Source: a candidate division FCPU426 bacterium
GTDB lineage: Bacteria > Oederibacteriota > Muellerivitia > Muellerivitales > Muellerivitaceae
NCBI GenBank assembly: GCA_963719085.1
Contig: CAVRAL010000001.1
Location: 1,152,001 to 1,216,000 of the forward strand
Direction of reading: 5' to 3'
Length of the DNA: 64,000 bases
Part shown: positions 46,578 through 56,445 of the stretch, in pieces
Layout of the letters: every line of letters starts with the position of its first letter
Numbering within the stretch: position 1 is the stretch's first letter
The notes under the pieces: model-generated
What the model was told of the DNA's origin: nothing
The model's input: the letters and a program-made list of their open reading frames with translations, nothing else
The model's database searches: none
Program-made: the position numbers and the translations under genes

Positions 46578-46606
46578 TTGACAATTTTTCACCGGCTCAA
46601 TACCGT
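46578..46606 (+). promoter_or_regulatory. Sigma70-type promoter of the puuD-like gene
   Basis: TTGACA-17 bp-TACCGT. Confidence 0.5.
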
Positions 46607-46670
46607 AAACCCGCGTTGAAAAACCGGGGTCGGCCCTAAAGGCCCAAACCCCGTAAAAACCGGAGGGTCT

Positions 46671-47264
46671 ATGTCAACTTGGACGGATTTCTTTAACATT
46701 CTTTTCCGCTGGATCCATTTATTTTCGGGAGTCACTTGGATCGGCTTGCTTTATTTCTTTAACTTTGTGAACGCCAATTTCGCCGCCACCCTGGACGCGG
46801 ACACCAAAAAAAAGGTGGTTCCTGAGCTCATGCCCCGGGCCCTGTTTTTCTTCCGTTGGGCTGCCATGTTGACGCTGATCGCCGGCTTGGTTCTTCTCTA
46901 TATCAACTATATGCCTAACGGCGGGTCCGAATTCACCACCACCCGCGGCCATTGGATCATGATGGGCGCCGGCTTCGGGATCATCATGTGGTTCAATGTC
47001 TGGTTCATCATTTGGCCCAGCCAGCGCAAGATCATCAACGGCATCAAACAAGGAAGCCCGGCTCCCGCCAACGTGGTCAAAACCGCGGCGTTGGCCTCCA
47101 AGATCAACGTGTTTCTGTCCTTCCCCATGCTGTTCGCCATGTTGGCCGCCAGCGGTCATTTCTTGCACGACGACTGGTATTGGTTCCTTGGCGTGATCGT
47201 CGTTGGTTTCGGCATTGCCCAGCACCTCTATAAGGTCGCCCCGAAAATCTCCACGAACGTCTGA
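46671..47264 (+). CDS. Urate hydroxylase PuuD-family membrane protein (no cytochrome c domain)
   Basis: RWIHLFSGVTWIGLLYFFN, FRWAA, MWFNVWFIIWP.Q. GGAGG RBS. Confidence 0.82.
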   Translation: MSTWTDFFNILFRWIHLFSGVTWIGLLYFFNFVNANFAATLDADTKKKVVPELMPRALFFFRWAAMLTLIAGLVLLYINYMPNGGSEFTTTRGHWIMMGAGFGIIMWFNVWFIIWPSQRKIINGIKQGSPAPANVVKTAALASKINVFLSFPMLFAMLAASGHFLHDDWYWFLGVIVVGFGIAQHLYKVAPKISTNV

Positions 47265-47275
47265 TTTTAAACAAT

Positions 47276-47312
47276 AAAAAAGCCCCTGGCCGTAAGGTCC
47301 AGGGGCTTTTTT
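47276..47312. terminator. Bidirectional intrinsic terminator
   Basis: AAAAAAGCCCCTGG-loop-CCAGGGGCTTTTTT between convergent genes. Confidence 0.88.
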
Positions 47313-47332
47313 ATTTCTAAATCATCGGCTGG

Positions 47333-47887
47333 CTAGTTAAGCGGCCTGGCCTCGCCCACTTCCTCAGGCTTGAAATCCATCTTCTGATCCAAAAAACTTT
47401 TCAGATAGGTCTTGCGAACGGTCTTGAAGAACTTTTCCAGGTCCGGATCCACGCCGTGGGGTTCCAAGGCCAAAAGGTTTAAGGCGATCGAAAAGGCCAT
47501 CTCCACATATTCATGCTTAAAAGCCTGGCTCTTGATGACAAACTCGTTATAGGTGCGGATGCCCCGGCGGTAGACCTCGGCCGCTTTCTTGTTATCCACG
47601 CCCTGGTAATACTTGCCCATCAAATAGAAGACTTCCAGGTCCAGCACGTCATTGTGCACGATGTTCTCGAAGGCGTTCACGGCCTCGGTCACCCGGCGCC
47701 GGGTGGAGGTCTGGGTATCCTCATGGTTGAAATACTGTTTTAGGCAGTATTTGGCGAATTTGGCCCTTAAGTAAGTGTCATTGGGATTGCGCCGGACGGC
47801 GGCTTTAAAACGCTCGTATTCCACCCCATTAACGAAGTGGCGCAGTACATTCAGGAAAGGGGAAAAGAAGTAGGAGATGATTTTCAT
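47333..47887 (-). CDS. Hypothetical helical (TPR-like) protein
   Basis: 184 aa. VFYLMGKYY...AAEVYRRG resembles a TPR unit. Confidence 0.72.
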   Translation of the reverse strand: MKIISYFFSPFLNVLRHFVNGVEYERFKAAVRRNPNDTYLRAKFAKYCLKQYFNHEDTQTSTRRRVTEAVNAFENIVHNDVLDLEVFYLMGKYYQGVDNKKAAEVYRRGIRTYNEFVIKSQAFKHEYVEMAFSIALNLLALEPHGVDPDLEKFFKTVRKTYLKSFLDQKMDFKPEEVGEARPLN

Positions 47888-47896
47888 GACATTCGA

Positions 47897-47926
47897 ATGT
47901 TATCACTCGAATTCCAGGCTTGTCAA
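47897..47926 (-). promoter_or_regulatory. Sigma70-type promoter, probably near-leaderless
   Basis: TTGACA-18 bp-(TG.)TAACAT, 9 nt before the ATG. Confidence 0.6.
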
Positions 47927-47994
47927 TTTTTTATAAACCCGGATGAAAATTTGTCAGGAAAAGCTTTTTATCGGAAAACCCGGCTAAAGGCCGA

Positions 47995-48462
47995 TTAAAT
48001 ATTGTCGTCCGAGTCCGCGGTCGAATCGAGTTGAAGCATTTTTAATTGGTCGGCCTGCTGGGGCGTCAGGATCTGTTTTTCGATCGTAATTTTGGCTTGC
48101 GCGCGTTCCAAAAGCCTTTGGCCCAGTAAATCGCCGATGGACTGGGTGAGGTCGGCCAGTTTGTCCTGATCCGGCTCCGCTTGATCCATCTCATTTTCCA
48201 GTTCCACTTGCTTCACTTGAAGCTGGCCGTTCAACTCCGCCATTTTTTTACGGTAGGCGGCGCGGCAATCCTGAATCTGCTGGCGTTGGGCGTCGGTCAA
48301 TTGAAGCGCTTCCAAAATCTCCCGGCGGTGGGCCGGACGCGGGCTGGGGGTCTTGGTCTTCACGGCCGCCGGCATATTGGTGGCTTGGGCCAAAGCCGGC
48401 AGAGCCGTCGAACCCATGATCAGTATCAATCCGGCCGCCGCGAAAAACTTAGAACCTTTCAT
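47995..48462 (-). CDS. Spy/CpxP/ZraP-like periplasmic protein
   Basis: Signal peptide and two LTxxQ motifs (LQLTDAQ, ILTPQQ). Confidence 0.85.
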   Translation of the reverse strand: MKGSKFFAAAGLILIMGSTALPALAQATNMPAAVKTKTPSPRPAHRREILEALQLTDAQRQQIQDCRAAYRKKMAELNGQLQVKQVELENEMDQAEPDQDKLADLTQSIGDLLGQRLLERAQAKITIEKQILTPQQADQLKMLQLDSTADSDDNI

Positions 48463-48477
48463 GTCGCCCCTTTTCAG

Positions 48478-48963
48478 TTAAATCTGGAGAAGAATATCGT
48501 CGTCGTCGGCCGTTGAAAAACTCACGTCATGAATCGGGGCCTGATTGTCGTCGCCCAAAAGGATCGGCACCTTCACCGTTCCCAAGTCTTTCGCGGAAGC
48601 GGCTTCCTCGGAATTAGCGCCGGCATCCGACAAGAACACGGGGGTTTTCACCACGCCCAAATCTTCCGGCACACTGACCCGGGGGTCCGAAATATTCAGG
48701 ATATAGGAAGCCAGTTCGGCTTGAGAAACCGATTGCTGATAGGCGACCATGCCGATCAAAACGGCGCAAAAACTGGTGGCCGCCAAGGCCAAGCGGTAAG
48801 GCCGGCCCCAGGGATTGATTTGTTTCCAAAAACCGCGCTTTTGACGCGCGGACACACGCGCCTCAATTTTGTCCCAAACCCGGTCGGCCCAGGGCAACAC
48901 ATTGGGCTCTTTGGCCGCGGCTCTCAGCGCTTGCGTGATTTTTTCGTCTGTCCATTTTGTCAT
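48478..48963 (-). CDS. Putative membrane anti-sigma factor
   Basis: Directly downstream of the ECF sigma; short cytoplasmic N-terminus (VWDKIEAR) and one TM helix. Confidence 0.7.
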   Translation of the reverse strand: MTKWTDEKITQALRAAAKEPNVLPWADRVWDKIEARVSARQKRGFWKQINPWGRPYRLALAATSFCAVLIGMVAYQQSVSQAELASYILNISDPRVSVPEDLGVVKTPVFLSDAGANSEEAASAKDLGTVKVPILLGDDNQAPIHDVSFSTADDDDILLQI

Positions 48964-49000
48964 GGTCGTCCTACCCTTCGTCGCTCAAACCCCTTACCGT

Positions 49001-49552
49001 TCAAACATCCTCAGGAGTCACACCTTGTTTTTCCAAACATTCCTTCAAAAAACCTTTCGCCCGGTGGATATTGGACTTCACCGAGCCCAGCGAAAGCCCT
49101 AAGGCCTGGGCGATCTCCTCGTAACTTAAATCTTCCATCTCCCGCATCACCAGGCAGCGTTTTTGCTTTTCCGGCAGTCGGTTCAAGGCCTTTTGCAGGA
49201 TCGGACTTAATCCCATTTGGGCGCCCAACCGGTTGCTCTCGGTCTTGTCGGAGGCTTCGGGCGCGTTATCCATCCCGATAAACGAGAGAATCTTGCGGCG
49301 CCTGAGAATGTCCAAACAATGGTTCGCCGTCATCCGGTAGACCCAAGTGCTGAAAGCCGAATCGCCCCGGTAGTTCTTGATCCGGTCGAAAACCTTGATA
49401 AAGATTTCCTGAAGCGCGTCCTCGGCGTCCTGGGGCTTTCCCAACATCCGCCAAGACAGGTTGTAAACCTTCGTCCGGTGCAAATCGTAAAGGACGTGAA
49501 GTCCCTCGATTCGACCCTCACGGCAAAGGTTGATCGCCTCCGTTTCAGTCAT
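49001..49552 (-). CDS. ECF RNA polymerase sigma factor
   Basis: DAEDALQEIF, FSTWVYR...N, LSYEEIAQALG...GSVKSNIHRA. Confidence 0.95.
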   Translation of the reverse strand: MTETEAINLCREGRIEGLHVLYDLHRTKVYNLSWRMLGKPQDAEDALQEIFIKVFDRIKNYRGDSAFSTWVYRMTANHCLDILRRRKILSFIGMDNAPEASDKTESNRLGAQMGLSPILQKALNRLPEKQKRCLVMREMEDLSYEEIAQALGLSLGSVKSNIHRAKGFLKECLEKQGVTPEDV

Positions 49553-49577
49553 TCCTCACCTGGTATTCCACAATTAG

Positions 49578-49604
49578 GACGGTCGAAGCCGGAAATAAGT
49601 TTCA
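49578..49604 (-). promoter_or_regulatory. Putative autoregulatory ECF promoter
   Basis: TGAAAC-17 bp-CGTC upstream of the sigma gene, matching the common ECF AAC/CGT pattern. Confidence 0.55.
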
Positions 49605-49634
49605 AACAGCCGTTTTTGACCCCCGAGAGGGTCT

Positions 49635-51122
49635 TCAGGAGTTACGCAAATAGGTCAGTAAACTGCGCACCATAAGCCCTGTTCCCCCATAGGTTAGGTA
49701 AGGCAGGGCCGGATATTCCCGCTCGAGGTAGGCGGGACCCGCGATATCCAGGTGAATCCAAGGGGTGTCGCCCACAAATTCTTCCAGGAAAAGGCCCCCA
49801 ATAATGGTTCCCGCTTCCCGGCCCCCGCCGATATTCTTAATATCGGCCACTTTACTGCGGATATCATCCCGGTATTCCTTGACCAAAGGCATTTCCCATA
49901 TCCGCTCCCCTTCGGCTTCGGTGGCGGCCTGGAACTGAGCCAGTAGCTTGGGTTCGTTCGAGAGCGCGCCCGAGATAAGCGATCCTAAGGCCACCACACA
50001 GGCCCCGGTCAGTGTGGCCAAATCGATGATCGCGTCCGGTTTTTGCCTCACCGCGTAAGAAAGCCCGTCCGACAGGATCAAGCGCCCCTCGGCGTCGGTA
50101 TTCAGGACTTCCATGGTCTTGCCGTTCATGGCTTTCAAAACATCCCCGGGCTTATAAGCCTTCCCGCCCGGCATATTTTCTGTCGTGGGCACGATCCCGT
50201 GGACTTCCACGTTGGGTTTGAACTGGGCGATCTGGCTGAAGACCCCCAAAACCGCAGCGCCGCCCGACATATCCATCTTCATGGTTTCCATGGACCCGGC
50301 CGGCTTCAAGGACAAGCCCCCCGAATCAAAGGTGATGCCTTTACCCACCAAGGCCACCGACTTTTTCGGCTTGGCGCCCGCGGGTTTGTAGTGCAGGTGG
50401 ATCATAAAGGGCTCTTGCGCGCTGCCGATATTGACCCCCAACAGGCCGCCCGCGCCCATGCGTTTTAAATCTTTTTTGGTGAAAACCTTCAGCGTTATAT
50501 TTTTGTTCGACTTGGCGATTTTCCGGGCCACATCGACTAGAACCTGGGGCGTCACGTCGCTGGGCGGGCCATTGATGAGATCCCGGGCTAAAATGGCGCC
50601 CGCCGCGTAGCTTTCAGCCGTCTTCACGGCCGCGCGCGCGGAAGCCAAGGCGCCGGGGCTTACTTTCAAGACTAATTTTTGAAGTTCTTTCGGGGCTTCT
50701 TTCATTTGGGTTTTATAAAGGTTGTACTGATAGGAACCCAAGATGGCCCCTTCCACGAAAGCCTTCATCTGTTCGGCGTCAAAAGCCCGCGGCCATTCAA
50801 GCCCCGCTTCTTCCAGACGGATCTCCCGGGCCTTGCGGCCCAAGCGGCCACCCAGCCGCCTTAAAGTCTCCACCTCGACGGCGTCCTTGGGCCCCAGCCC
50901 TAAAACCAGCACCCGCTTGGCGAAGAGCCCGCCCAGGGGATGCGCGACGGCGGCTTGGCCTTCCTTGCCCAAAAAGCCCTCGTCCTCCAAATTTTTTCGA
51001 ATCGTGTCGCCGGCCTTGCCGGGAGCGTTCACGAAACCCTTTTCCTTCTCATAGGCGAAAAGAATCCAGGATTCGGGATGGGGCTGACGATGGGATGAGG
51101 AAACGACTTGGAATGTGGCCAT
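49635..51122 (-). CDS. pepA: Leucyl aminopeptidase (M17)
   Basis: GKGITFDSGG, MKMDMSG, NTDAEGRL, ATLTGA, HLDIAG. ATG 51122 with GGAGG. Confidence 0.96.
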   Translation of the reverse strand: MATFQVVSSSHRQPHPESWILFAYEKEKGFVNAPGKAGDTIRKNLEDEGFLGKEGQAAVAHPLGGLFAKRVLVLGLGPKDAVEVETLRRLGGRLGRKAREIRLEEAGLEWPRAFDAEQMKAFVEGAILGSYQYNLYKTQMKEAPKELQKLVLKVSPGALASARAAVKTAESYAAGAILARDLINGPPSDVTPQVLVDVARKIAKSNKNITLKVFTKKDLKRMGAGGLLGVNIGSAQEPFMIHLHYKPAGAKPKKSVALVGKGITFDSGGLSLKPAGSMETMKMDMSGGAAVLGVFSQIAQFKPNVEVHGIVPTTENMPGGKAYKPGDVLKAMNGKTMEVLNTDAEGRLILSDGLSYAVRQKPDAIIDLATLTGACVVALGSLISGALSNEPKLLAQFQAATEAEGERIWEMPLVKEYRDDIRSKVADIKNIGGGREAGTIIGGLFLEEFVGDTPWIHLDIAGPAYLEREYPALPYLTYGGTGLMVRSLLTYLRNS

Positions 51123-51204
51123 GATGTCCTCCGGCTGAAATTTAAGAAGTTTAACCTGGAACAAGAAACAAACTACATTAGAGCCTCAAACAAAAACATT
51201 TTTC

Positions 51205-51287
51205 ACAATGATCAACGCGGATGAACGCCGATAAGAAATAATCCAATGTTTCCAAAAAATCCGCGCTCATCTGCGTCCATCATTGTT
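51205..51287. repeat. Palindromic element, family B copy 5
   Basis: ACAATGATCAACGCGGATGAACGCCGAT / ATCCGCGCTCATCTGCGTCCATCATTGTT. Confidence 0.85.
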
Positions 51288-51338
51288 AAATGCCTTTTCT
51301 TATTTTATCCCCGGAAAGCCCGAAGTTACAACCGGCAG

Positions 51339-52034
51339 TTAGGCGTTCGGCGTGAAACGAGAATATAGGCCTTCCCGCTTAAGCCTTGCTTTAATCAAAT
51401 CAAAAGACCGGTCCAGCTTCTTTTTGTTCTCCGGAAAATAAGGCCAGGGACTGGCGCCCGAAGGGTGTGGAATGGGAATCACGAAAGCCGGGCCGCCCGG
51501 CAGGTCCTTTTCAAACTCAATCCCGATGGTTTCGGACATTTTTTTAAAACCCAATATCCGCTCAATCGCCATGCTTCCAATTAAAACCACCACCCGGGGG
51601 GCCAAAAGCCTCAAGGCCTCATCCAAATAAGGGGCGCAGTTCTCAATTTCCCAGGGACTGGGCTTGCGATCCCCGGTTCCCTTGGGATTTTTCCCGGGAT
51701 AGCATTTGGTGACGGCGGTGATATAGCCGTTTTCCCGGATGAGTTCCTCGGTCATACCGATCGTGTTGAACCATTTAAAAAGCCTTCGGCCGGCCGTCCA
51801 AGCGAAGTTTTTCTGGGCCACCGGCTCTTTAATGCCGGGAGCCTGGCCGATCAAAAACAAGCCGCCCCTTTTGGGCAGGCCCGTTCCCGCGACCGGGCAG
51901 TTGCCGCCCTTTTCAAAACACTTGGAACACCCGCGTATGGTTTGGTGAAGCTCCTTCAGTTCGGCCGACAGCGCGCCTTTACTTGGCGGCTTGGCTGTCC
52001 GGGCTGTCGGTGGTTTGCGGTTGGCTGGATCCAT
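51339..52034 (-). CDS. Uracil-DNA glycosylase superfamily protein (FeS-type)
   Basis: CSKC, GQAPG, KCYPG, C.P.L, PHPSG. Start codon uncertain. Confidence 0.85.
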   Translation of the reverse strand: MDPANRKPPTARTAKPPSKGALSAELKELHQTIRGCSKCFEKGGNCPVAGTGLPKRGGLFLIGQAPGIKEPVAQKNFAWTAGRRLFKWFNTIGMTEELIRENGYITAVTKCYPGKNPKGTGDRKPSPWEIENCAPYLDEALRLLAPRVVVLIGSMAIERILGFKKMSETIGIEFEKDLPGGPAFVIPIPHPSGASPWPYFPENKKKLDRSFDLIKARLKREGLYSRFTPNA

Positions 52035-53010
52035 CGTTGGCGGATTCCTCTCCCTTGTCATAAGCTTTGGCGGCGTCCGGATCGAGGTCTTTGAGCTCGT
52101 CCAAAGCCATCGTCATATTCTCCGAATGATAGGAAGGATCGATCGCGTTCGCCCGGTAAAAAACGTCCACGGATTTCTTCAAGTCCGCCACCGTTCCCCG
52201 GCCCGAATCATAAAGGACCCAATAGCTGTATCCCAAATTATTTAAATAAACTTTTTCCTTCGGCTGGGCGGCTACCGCGCGCTCAAAAAACGGCACCGAT
52301 TCCGGCGGACGGCGGGCGTCGAGCAAAGCCTTGCCGGCCCGGTTGGCCGCCGCGCCTTTGCCGGCGGGAGTGCTGGACAAGGCCTCCGCTTGTTTAAAAG
52401 CTTTCAGCGCCAAGTCAAATTGGCCTTGGGCCTGGGCCGCGTCCCCAATGGCCAAAAGCGCCTTAAAACTTTGCCCCGTCAATTTGGGTTCGGGGCCGGG
52501 CGTGGCTTGGGCGTAACTTTCTTCACGGGCCAAATCCGCCTTGGCCCGATCCAGCAGTTCCGGACTGTCTCCGCTGGCGTCCAGGTTTTGAATGGCCGCC
52601 TTCAACTCATCGGTCCCGGCCAGACCATACTCATAAAGGCTGTAAGAGGCGGCGCCTAAATTTTTGAGGGCGGTTTTATTGCCGCCATCCTGGGAAACCG
52701 CGTCCGACAGGGAAGTCTTAGCGTCCGTCCAATCCTTCGCCCGCAAGTAGGCCCAGCCTTGGGCGTTGGCAGCCTCGCTTTTGCTTTTGGGGCTGGAGGC
52801 CAAATTCTCAGCCGCGCCGTAATCCCCGGCGGCTTGGATGAACTTGCGATCCTTTAAATCCTGGTTGCCGGCCGCGTAGGCTTCCTTGAAAGTGCTAAAG
52901 ACCGGCGACGCGGCCGCGCCCGTCGAGGCGGCGGAGCTTTGGGACCAGCCGTTCAAAGGCATCAAGCTCAAACCAGCCACACTGATCAGAAGAATCAAGC
53001 GCGTCTTCAT
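51979..53010 (-). CDS. Secreted TPR-repeat protein
   Basis: Signal peptide. Two similar TPR blocks (AANAQG/AANRAG; NLGAASYSLY/NLGYSYWVLY). Confidence 0.82.
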   Translation of the reverse strand: MKTRLILLISVAGLSLMPLNGWSQSSAASTGAAASPVFSTFKEAYAAGNQDLKDRKFIQAAGDYGAAENLASSPKSKSEAANAQGWAYLRAKDWTDAKTSLSDAVSQDGGNKTALKNLGAASYSLYEYGLAGTDELKAAIQNLDASGDSPELLDRAKADLAREESYAQATPGPEPKLTGQSFKALLAIGDAAQAQGQFDLALKAFKQAEALSSTPAGKGAAANRAGKALLDARRPPESVPFFERAVAAQPKEKVYLNNLGYSYWVLYDSGRGTVADLKKSVDVFYRANAIDPSYHSENMTMALDELKDLDPDAAKAYDKGEESANDGSSQPQTTDSPDSQAAK

Positions 53011-53190
53011 GAAAGCCTCCTCGTTGGGTCCGACAAAACAAATTCCTAAACCTCATTCTAAGCAGACCCCGGCGCCTTTCACAGAAAATTAAGGACGGGT
53101 CCCATGTTTAAAAACTGAATCGAACTTTTTTAGATAACAAAATCAAAGGTTTTAAGGCAAAATAGGCCTCCATCACCTTGAAGGATCGAC

Positions 53191-54204
53191 ATGTTCAAGC
53201 AAAAAAGCACCTGGATCGGCCTCGCGTTTATCATCGTTACTTTTTACTTTCTTTTCCGCAACCTGGACTTCAAATTACTTTTGCAGGCCTTGATGCAGTT
53301 CCAGCTGGTTTGGATCGTTCCCGCCCTCATCATTTATTTGTTGGGTTACGTGATTCGGGGCTACCGCTGGATGATTCTTCTCTCCCCCATCAAACGATGC
53401 GACTTTTCCAGCCTTTTCTCGACCCTCATTATCGGCTTCATGATGAACAATATCCTGCCCGCCCGCTTGGGGGAATTTTACCGGGCCCATTTGAACGGCA
53501 AAAAACAGGGCATCAGCCGCAGCGCCTCTCTGGCTACCATTATTTTAGAAAGGCTCTTTGACGGCCTCACCATGATCGTGGCCCTTTGGGCCGCCCTGTC
53601 CTTCGCCAATCTGCCCATCCAGGTCCAATCCATGCCGTTGAGCATCCAATACGCCATCCGCTGGGCCCCCTGGTTTTTTGGGACGGCTTTCTTTTTTTGT
53701 TTCGCGCTGCTCATCTTTAAACAAACCGCGATCGCCATCATGAATTATTTCATTTCCCACGCGCCCCACAAATACCAAGAGGTCCTCTCGAAAATCGGAC
53801 ACGCCTTTATCGACGGGCTGCAAATTTTGCAAAACTTCAAGGAAAGCTTCGGGGTCATGGCGCTATCGCTCTTGGCCTGGGGCTGTGAGTTTACGTCCTA
53901 CTACTTTATCGCCATCGGATTCTCCCTGGCCCCGGCCCCGCTGAATCTTTGGTCGGCGGCGCTTTTAATGGCGGTGGCCAACCTTGGCATCCTGATCCCC
54001 AACGCTCCCGGCGGAGTGGGTCTTTTTGAGTTCATCGGTGTGGGTCTTCTTTTACCCTACGGCATCGCCAAAGCCACCGCCGTCGGCTATATGTTCTTTC
54101 TGCATTTTTTATTGCTGATTCCCATCACCCTGATGGGACTTTATTTCTTCGCCAAAGAAGGACTTCATTTTAAGGACATTGGCAAAAAGGAAATACCCTC
54201 ATGA
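53191..54204 (+). CDS. Lysylphosphatidylglycerol-synthase-TM / UPF0104 flippase-like membrane protein
   Basis: RGYRW, NNILPARLGE..R, ERLFD, PNAPGGVG..E. Confidence 0.88.
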   Translation: MFKQKSTWIGLAFIIVTFYFLFRNLDFKLLLQALMQFQLVWIVPALIIYLLGYVIRGYRWMILLSPIKRCDFSSLFSTLIIGFMMNNILPARLGEFYRAHLNGKKQGISRSASLATIILERLFDGLTMIVALWAALSFANLPIQVQSMPLSIQYAIRWAPWFFGTAFFFCFALLIFKQTAIAIMNYFISHAPHKYQEVLSKIGHAFIDGLQILQNFKESFGVMALSLLAWGCEFTSYYFIAIGFSLAPAPLNLWSAALLMAVANLGILIPNAPGGVGLFEFIGVGLLLPYGIAKATAVGYMFFLHFLLLIPITLMGLYFFAKEGLHFKDIGKKEIPS

Positions 54205-55523
54205 AAATCGCGATTATCGGCGGGGGCGTGGCGGGCTTAACCGCCGCTTACCGGCTGGCCCAAAAAGACCACGAAGTGGATGTTTATGAGGCGGCGGATT
54301 ACGTGGGCGGCTTGGCCGCCGGTTTCCCCGTGGCGGGCACCCGGCTCGAGAAGTATTACCATCATCTTTTTACCAGCGACCATTCGATCCGGGGCCTGGT
54401 CCACGAACTGGGCCTGTCCCATAAGCTCAACTGGTTCACCAGCCAGATGGCTTTTTATCACGAAGGCAAAATTTATCCTTTCGGCACCGCCAAACAGCTT
54501 TTAGCCTTCAAACCCCTGCCCTTCTGGGACCGCATCCGTTTTGGCGTCCAAGCCCTCTATCTGGGAAAGGTGAGCCACTGGAAAAAGTACGAGGAAATCA
54601 CCGCCTATGCCTGGCTGAAAAAATACGCCGGCCCGCACATCCTCAAAGTGATTTGGGAGCCCATGCTGCGCTCCAAGTTCAGCCAATATTTCGACAAAGT
54701 GGCCATGGCCTGGTTCTGGGCGCGGGTTCATACCCGGGCCTCCTCCCGAAAAGGGTCTGTGGAGAAGCTGGGTTATTTCGAGGGCGGCTTTGACGCTTTC
54801 ATTAATGAGTTGGCCAAGACGGTCCGGGCCAAAGGCGCGACCATCCATTTAAAAAAACCGGTGGAAAAAATCGTCACCTCAGGGGGGAAACTAACGGGCA
54901 TCGTCGTGGACGGAGTGGAGATGAAATACGACCGCCTGATCTTCTCGGCGGCCACCCCGGTTTTTTTGAAAACCTGCGCCGAGCTTCCGAAAGAATATGT
55001 GGAACGGCTCACCCAATTGGACTTCATGGCCGCCCAATGCCTGATCCTGGTGATGAAAAAGCCTTTCAGCGGCATGTATTGGATGAACATCTCCGATATG
55101 CAAATTCCCTTTTTGGCCTTGGTGGAACACACCAACTTCGCACCCAAGGATTGGTACCAAGGTAAAAGCTTGATGTACATCGGCAACTACCTTCCCAAGG
55201 AACATAAGCTTTTCAATATCCCCAAGGAAGAACTGCTGGCCGAGTTCCTGCCGCACCTGCAAAAAATCAACCCCCAGTTCAGCGCCGCGGACATTGAGGA
55301 ATCCTTCTTATTCCGGGACCGCTTCGCCCAGCCCGTGGTGCCCCTGCATTACAGCGCCGTCAAACCGGACTATACCACCCCCATCGAGAATGTCTTTTTG
55401 GCCAACATGTCCCTGGTTTACCCGGAAGACCGGGGAACCAATTTCGCCGTCCAAGTGGGCGACAAGGTTTCCCGGATGGTCGATCCCGAAATCCTGATCC
55501 CCACCTTTAAAGAACCCCAGTAA
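54201..55523 (+). CDS. NAD(P)/FAD-dependent oxidoreductase (amine oxidase/protoporphyrinogen oxidase-like)
   Basis: GGGVAGL..A, E....GGLA, EKYYHH, YPEDRG.N. Confidence 0.88.
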   Translation: MKIAIIGGGVAGLTAAYRLAQKDHEVDVYEAADYVGGLAAGFPVAGTRLEKYYHHLFTSDHSIRGLVHELGLSHKLNWFTSQMAFYHEGKIYPFGTAKQLLAFKPLPFWDRIRFGVQALYLGKVSHWKKYEEITAYAWLKKYAGPHILKVIWEPMLRSKFSQYFDKVAMAWFWARVHTRASSRKGSVEKLGYFEGGFDAFINELAKTVRAKGATIHLKKPVEKIVTSGGKLTGIVVDGVEMKYDRLIFSAATPVFLKTCAELPKEYVERLTQLDFMAAQCLILVMKKPFSGMYWMNISDMQIPFLALVEHTNFAPKDWYQGKSLMYIGNYLPKEHKLFNIPKEELLAEFLPHLQKINPQFSAADIEESFLFRDRFAQPVVPLHYSAVKPDYTTPIENVFLANMSLVYPEDRGTNFAVQVGDKVSRMVDPEILIPTFKEPQ

Positions 55524-55602
55524 GTTAATTTTCAAGGGCCCCGCCCGGGGCCCCTGTGGTACTATTTCCCGGATTTCAAAGCAAAACCAGGCCGAATCAT
55601 TT

Positions 55603-55685
55603 ACATGGATGAACGCAGATGGACGCCGATTAAACACAAGAAATTATTTTTTATCATCAGCGTTCATCCGCGCACATCATTGTTA
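55603..55685. repeat. Palindromic element, family B copy 6
   Basis: ACATGGATGAACGCAGATGGACGCCGAT / ATCAGCGTTCATCCGCGCACATCATTGTT. Confidence 0.82.
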
Positions 55686-55713
55686 ATTGACTAAGATTTA
55701 AGGAGTTTTTGAA

Positions 55714-56418
55714 ATGCCCAAAGTCCCGTCCCTGTCGGTTTTTTTTCCCGAATATAACGAGGAAGCCAACGTCGAGAATATGGTGAAGACGGCTCAAGCC
55801 ATCATTCCCGAGGTGGCGGAGAAATGGGAAATCATCCCGGTCAACGACGGCAGTAAGGATAAAACCGGCGAGATCATTGACCGCCTCGCCAAGGCCGATC
55901 CCCATGTCAAACCCGTCCACCATGAGAAAAACAAAGGATACGGCGGCGCCGTCATCTCCGGCCTGAAGGCCTCCACGATGGACCTGGTTTTTTTTACCGA
56001 CGGGGATTTGCAATTTGACCTCCGGGAAATCACCCTGCTTTTGGAAAAACTTGACGAGGGCGATCTCATTTTAGGATTCCGCAAGAACCGCCGGGATCCC
56101 TGGAACCGCAAGCTAAACGCCTTTTTATGGGGCTCGCTGGTGAAGTTCCTCTTCGGCTTCAAAGTGAAAGACGTGGATTGCGCCTTCAAACTCATCAAGC
56201 GTAAAGTCTTGGATAAAGTCGAGGTCACCGCGGGCGGGGCCATGGTCTCCACCGAGCTTTTAGCCCGGGCCCACAAGGCGGGATTTAAGTTCGTGGAAGT
56301 GGGCGTCACCCACCTCCCCCGCGTCGCCGGAACCCAAACCGGCGCCAACCTGAAGGTGATTTTGCGGGCCTTCAAGGAACTGTTCAAGCTTTACGGCAAG
56401 ATCAACAGCCAAAAATAA
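55714..56418 (+). CDS. GT2 glycosyltransferase (polyprenol-phosphate/DPM synthase-like)
   Basis: P.YNEE, VNDGSKD, N.GYG.A, DGDLQF, DVDCAFK. Confidence 0.92.
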   Translation: MPKVPSLSVFFPEYNEEANVENMVKTAQAIIPEVAEKWEIIPVNDGSKDKTGEIIDRLAKADPHVKPVHHEKNKGYGGAVISGLKASTMDLVFFTDGDLQFDLREITLLLEKLDEGDLILGFRKNRRDPWNRKLNAFLWGSLVKFLFGFKVKDVDCAFKLIKRKVLDKVEVTAGGAMVSTELLARAHKAGFKFVEVGVTHLPRVAGTQTGANLKVILRAFKELFKLYGKINSQK

Positions 56419-56445
56419 AACGCCGGACGTTTCGCTTCCCTTCAG

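Noticed and set aside
14557..55685. Repeats with unique spacers as a CRISPR array
   Set aside because: Arms are inverted and dispersed rather than tandem direct repeats, and there are no cas genes.
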